64,000 nucleotides of DNA from an uncultured Bacteroidales bacterium (GTDB lineage: Bacteria; Bacteroidota; Bacteroidia; Bacteroidales; VadinHA17). The notes beneath the pieces are model-generated. The model made no database searches. It had not been told where the DNA came from and saw only the letters and a program-made list of their open reading frames with translations. The first letter of the stretch is position 1, and the number at the start of each line of letters is the position of its first letter. Where the stretch lies: positions 269,697 to 333,696 of the forward strand of contig CAWBQN010000018.1 of the NCBI GenBank assembly GCA_963791065.1, written 5' to 3'. The position numbers and the translations under genes were made by a program. Below are positions 62,126 to 64,000 of the stretch, in pieces.

Positions 62126-63484
62126 ATGAATAAAAAGGAACAGTATGTAGCAGCCATCGACATCGGAACCACAAAAATTGTGGCAATTGTCGGTAAGAAA
62201 AACGAGAACGGCAAAATTGAGATTCTCGGACTTAGTAAAGCTCTTTCAAAGGGTGTGAAGAGAGGCGTTGTTCTTAATATTGAAGAAACAGTAAATGCCA
62301 TTCAGACTACCGTTGATGACGTTCAGAAGAGATCCGGGATTCTCTTCTCAGAGGTCTTTGTGGGCATAGCCGGCCAGCATATCAAGAGTATGAAGAACCG
62401 TGGCTATATAATGCGTGATGCGTATGATGACGAGATCAAGAAAGAGGATGTCTTCAGGCTGATTGAGGATATGCATAAGATTCATATCGACATCGGCGAG
62501 GAAATAATTCATGTTATACCTCAGAACTTTATCGTCGATAATGAAACAGGAGTAAAGAGCCCTATAGGAATGTGCGGCAGACGGCTGGAGGCTAATTTTC
62601 ATATCGTGATCGGACAGGTCGCCGCTGCTAAAAATATCGAAAAATGTATCAGGAAAGCCAATCTGACCGTAAAGGATATGATACTGGAACCGCTGGCATC
62701 TTCCGATGCGGTACTTACGGATGATGAAAAGGAAGCTGGAGTTGTCCTGGTGGATATCGGAGGCGGGACAACAGATGTTGCTGTCTATTATGACAATATC
62801 ATTCGCCATACCGCAGTGATACCATTCGGCGGTAATGTAGTGACAAAAGATATCAAGGAGGGTTGTGCAATTCTGCAAAGGCATGCTGAGCAGCTTAAGA
62901 TCCAGTATGGCTCTGCTCTCGGGGATATTGCTCCTGAAGATAAGGTCGTATCCATTCCGGGGATCAGTGGTCGTGAGCCTAAGGAGATTTCTTTCAAGAG
63001 CCTTGCTTATATCATACAGTCAAGGATGGAAGAAATTATCGATGCGGTCAATTTCGAAATTCAAAATTCGGGCTATGCAGATAAGCTGGCTGCAGGGGTT
63101 GTAATTACCGGCGGCGGTGCCATGTTGAAGCACCTTCCTCAGCTGATGAAGTTTAAAACTGCGATGGATGTCAGAATTGGCTTTCCGAACGAACATCTGG
63201 CCGGAACAGCGAAAAATGAAATTAATCAACCTATGTATGCAACAAGCGTAGGGCTGATAATGCGTGGCTTTGAATACCTTGAAACTTACAAGAAAACCTT
63301 CAACGCTGGCAGTCCTGATGAATTTGTCAAGCCTAAAGCTGTAGTGGTTGATATACATGAGACGGATGAAGAGGAAGACGCTTTTGTTCCTCCTGTCCAG
63401 GAAGAAGAAAAAATCCCTCTTACCGAAAAGATCAAAAGTATGCTTTCCAGGATGTTCGAGGTAGAAGATCAGCCTATCAAATGA
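62126..63484 (+). CDS. ftsA: Cell division protein FtsA
   Basis: DIGTTK, DIGGGTTD, TGGG, YAT.VGL. Confidence 0.96.
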   Translation: MNKKEQYVAAIDIGTTKIVAIVGKKNENGKIEILGLSKALSKGVKRGVVLNIEETVNAIQTTVDDVQKRSGILFSEVFVGIAGQHIKSMKNRGYIMRDAYDDEIKKEDVFRLIEDMHKIHIDIGEEIIHVIPQNFIVDNETGVKSPIGMCGRRLEANFHIVIGQVAAAKNIEKCIRKANLTVKDMILEPLASSDAVLTDDEKEAGVVLVDIGGGTTDVAVYYDNIIRHTAVIPFGGNVVTKDIKEGCAILQRHAEQLKIQYGSALGDIAPEDKVVSIPGISGREPKEISFKSLAYIIQSRMEEIIDAVNFEIQNSGYADKLAAGVVITGGGAMLKHLPQLMKFKTAMDVRIGFPNEHLAGTAKNEINQPMYATSVGLIMRGFEYLETYKKTFNAGSPDEFVKPKAVVVDIHETDEEEDAFVPPVQEEEKIPLTEKIKSMLSRMFEVEDQPIK

Positions 63485-63538
63485 TAAAATATGGTTTTAT
63501 AAATATATGCTGTTCATAATCAATTAAATAATTACACT

Positions 63539-64000
63539 ATGTCAGACGATATAATGAACTTTGATCTTCCGGTAGAGAGATCGTCGATTATAAAAGTTCT
63601 CGGAATAGGTGGTGGAGGCAATAACGCTGTCAATCATATGTTTGAAAAAGGTATAACTGATGTTAATTTTGTGATTTGCAATACTGACCATCAGGCGCTT
63701 ATAAAAAGCCAGGTGCCTGTAAAGGTCCAGATTGGAGAATCGCTTACCGAAGGGAGGGGCGCCGGAAGCAAACCTGAAATTGGCAGGCAGGCTGCCTTAG
63801 AAAACATAGACGATGTTATGGCTGCCTTATCGGGTAACACTAAGATGGTTTTCATAACAACAGGAATGGGAGGAGGTACTGGTACCGGAGCTACACCGGT
63901 CATAGCCAAGGCTTGTAAGGAAGCAGGATTCCTCACCATAGCAGTTGTTACAATTCCTTTTAAGTCGGAAGGGAAAGTACGTATCAGGCATGCGATTGAT
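63539..64000 (+). CDS. ftsZ: Cell division protein FtsZ (runs off the window)
   Basis: Read from sequence: MSDDIMNF...IKVLGIGGGGNNAVNHM...NTD...GMGGGTGTG. Confidence 0.96.
   Translation, partial: MSDDIMNFDLPVERSSIIKVLGIGGGGNNAVNHMFEKGITDVNFVICNTDHQALIKSQVPVKVQIGESLTEGRGAGSKPEIGRQAALENIDDVMAALSGNTKMVFITTGMGGGTGTGATPVIAKACKEAGFLTIAVVTIPFKSEGKVRIRHAID

Overview
A 64 kb window from a Bacteroidota (Bacteroidales-like) chromosome, in two parts. Left (1-30.5 kb): an NtrC/histidine-kinase pair, a divergent APC permease + GH2 exo-beta-glucosaminidase pair and a ThuA-like gene, then about 22 kb of roughly 27 functionally unrelated accessory genes (26 on the minus strand) ending at tRNA-Ser(GGA). Most gaps there contain short 6/7/8-mer tandem repeats, CTCTGTG or CTTTGCG modules, or REP-like palindromes. 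Right (31-64 kb): core genes (ansA, tatD, two gdh, dprA, tadA, aspS, miaB, yebC, purF, glsB/glsA-like acyltransferases) and the dcw cluster from mraZ to a partial ftsZ. Most notable: (1) the repeat-punctuated gene array at tRNA-Ser, with no integrase or transposase in view; (2) three tandem SusC-like genes encoding only an N-terminal domain and plug, with no beta-barrel; (3) a candidate variant NiCo (czcD) riboswitch upstream of a cation transporter; (4) a duplicated tRNA tail with REP-like insertions, plus a nested 213-bp palindromic element. Several single-base frameshifts, one in essential aspS, point to sequencing or assembly indels, so split genes should not be read as true pseudogenes without checking reads. 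All calls are by eye; no database searches were run.
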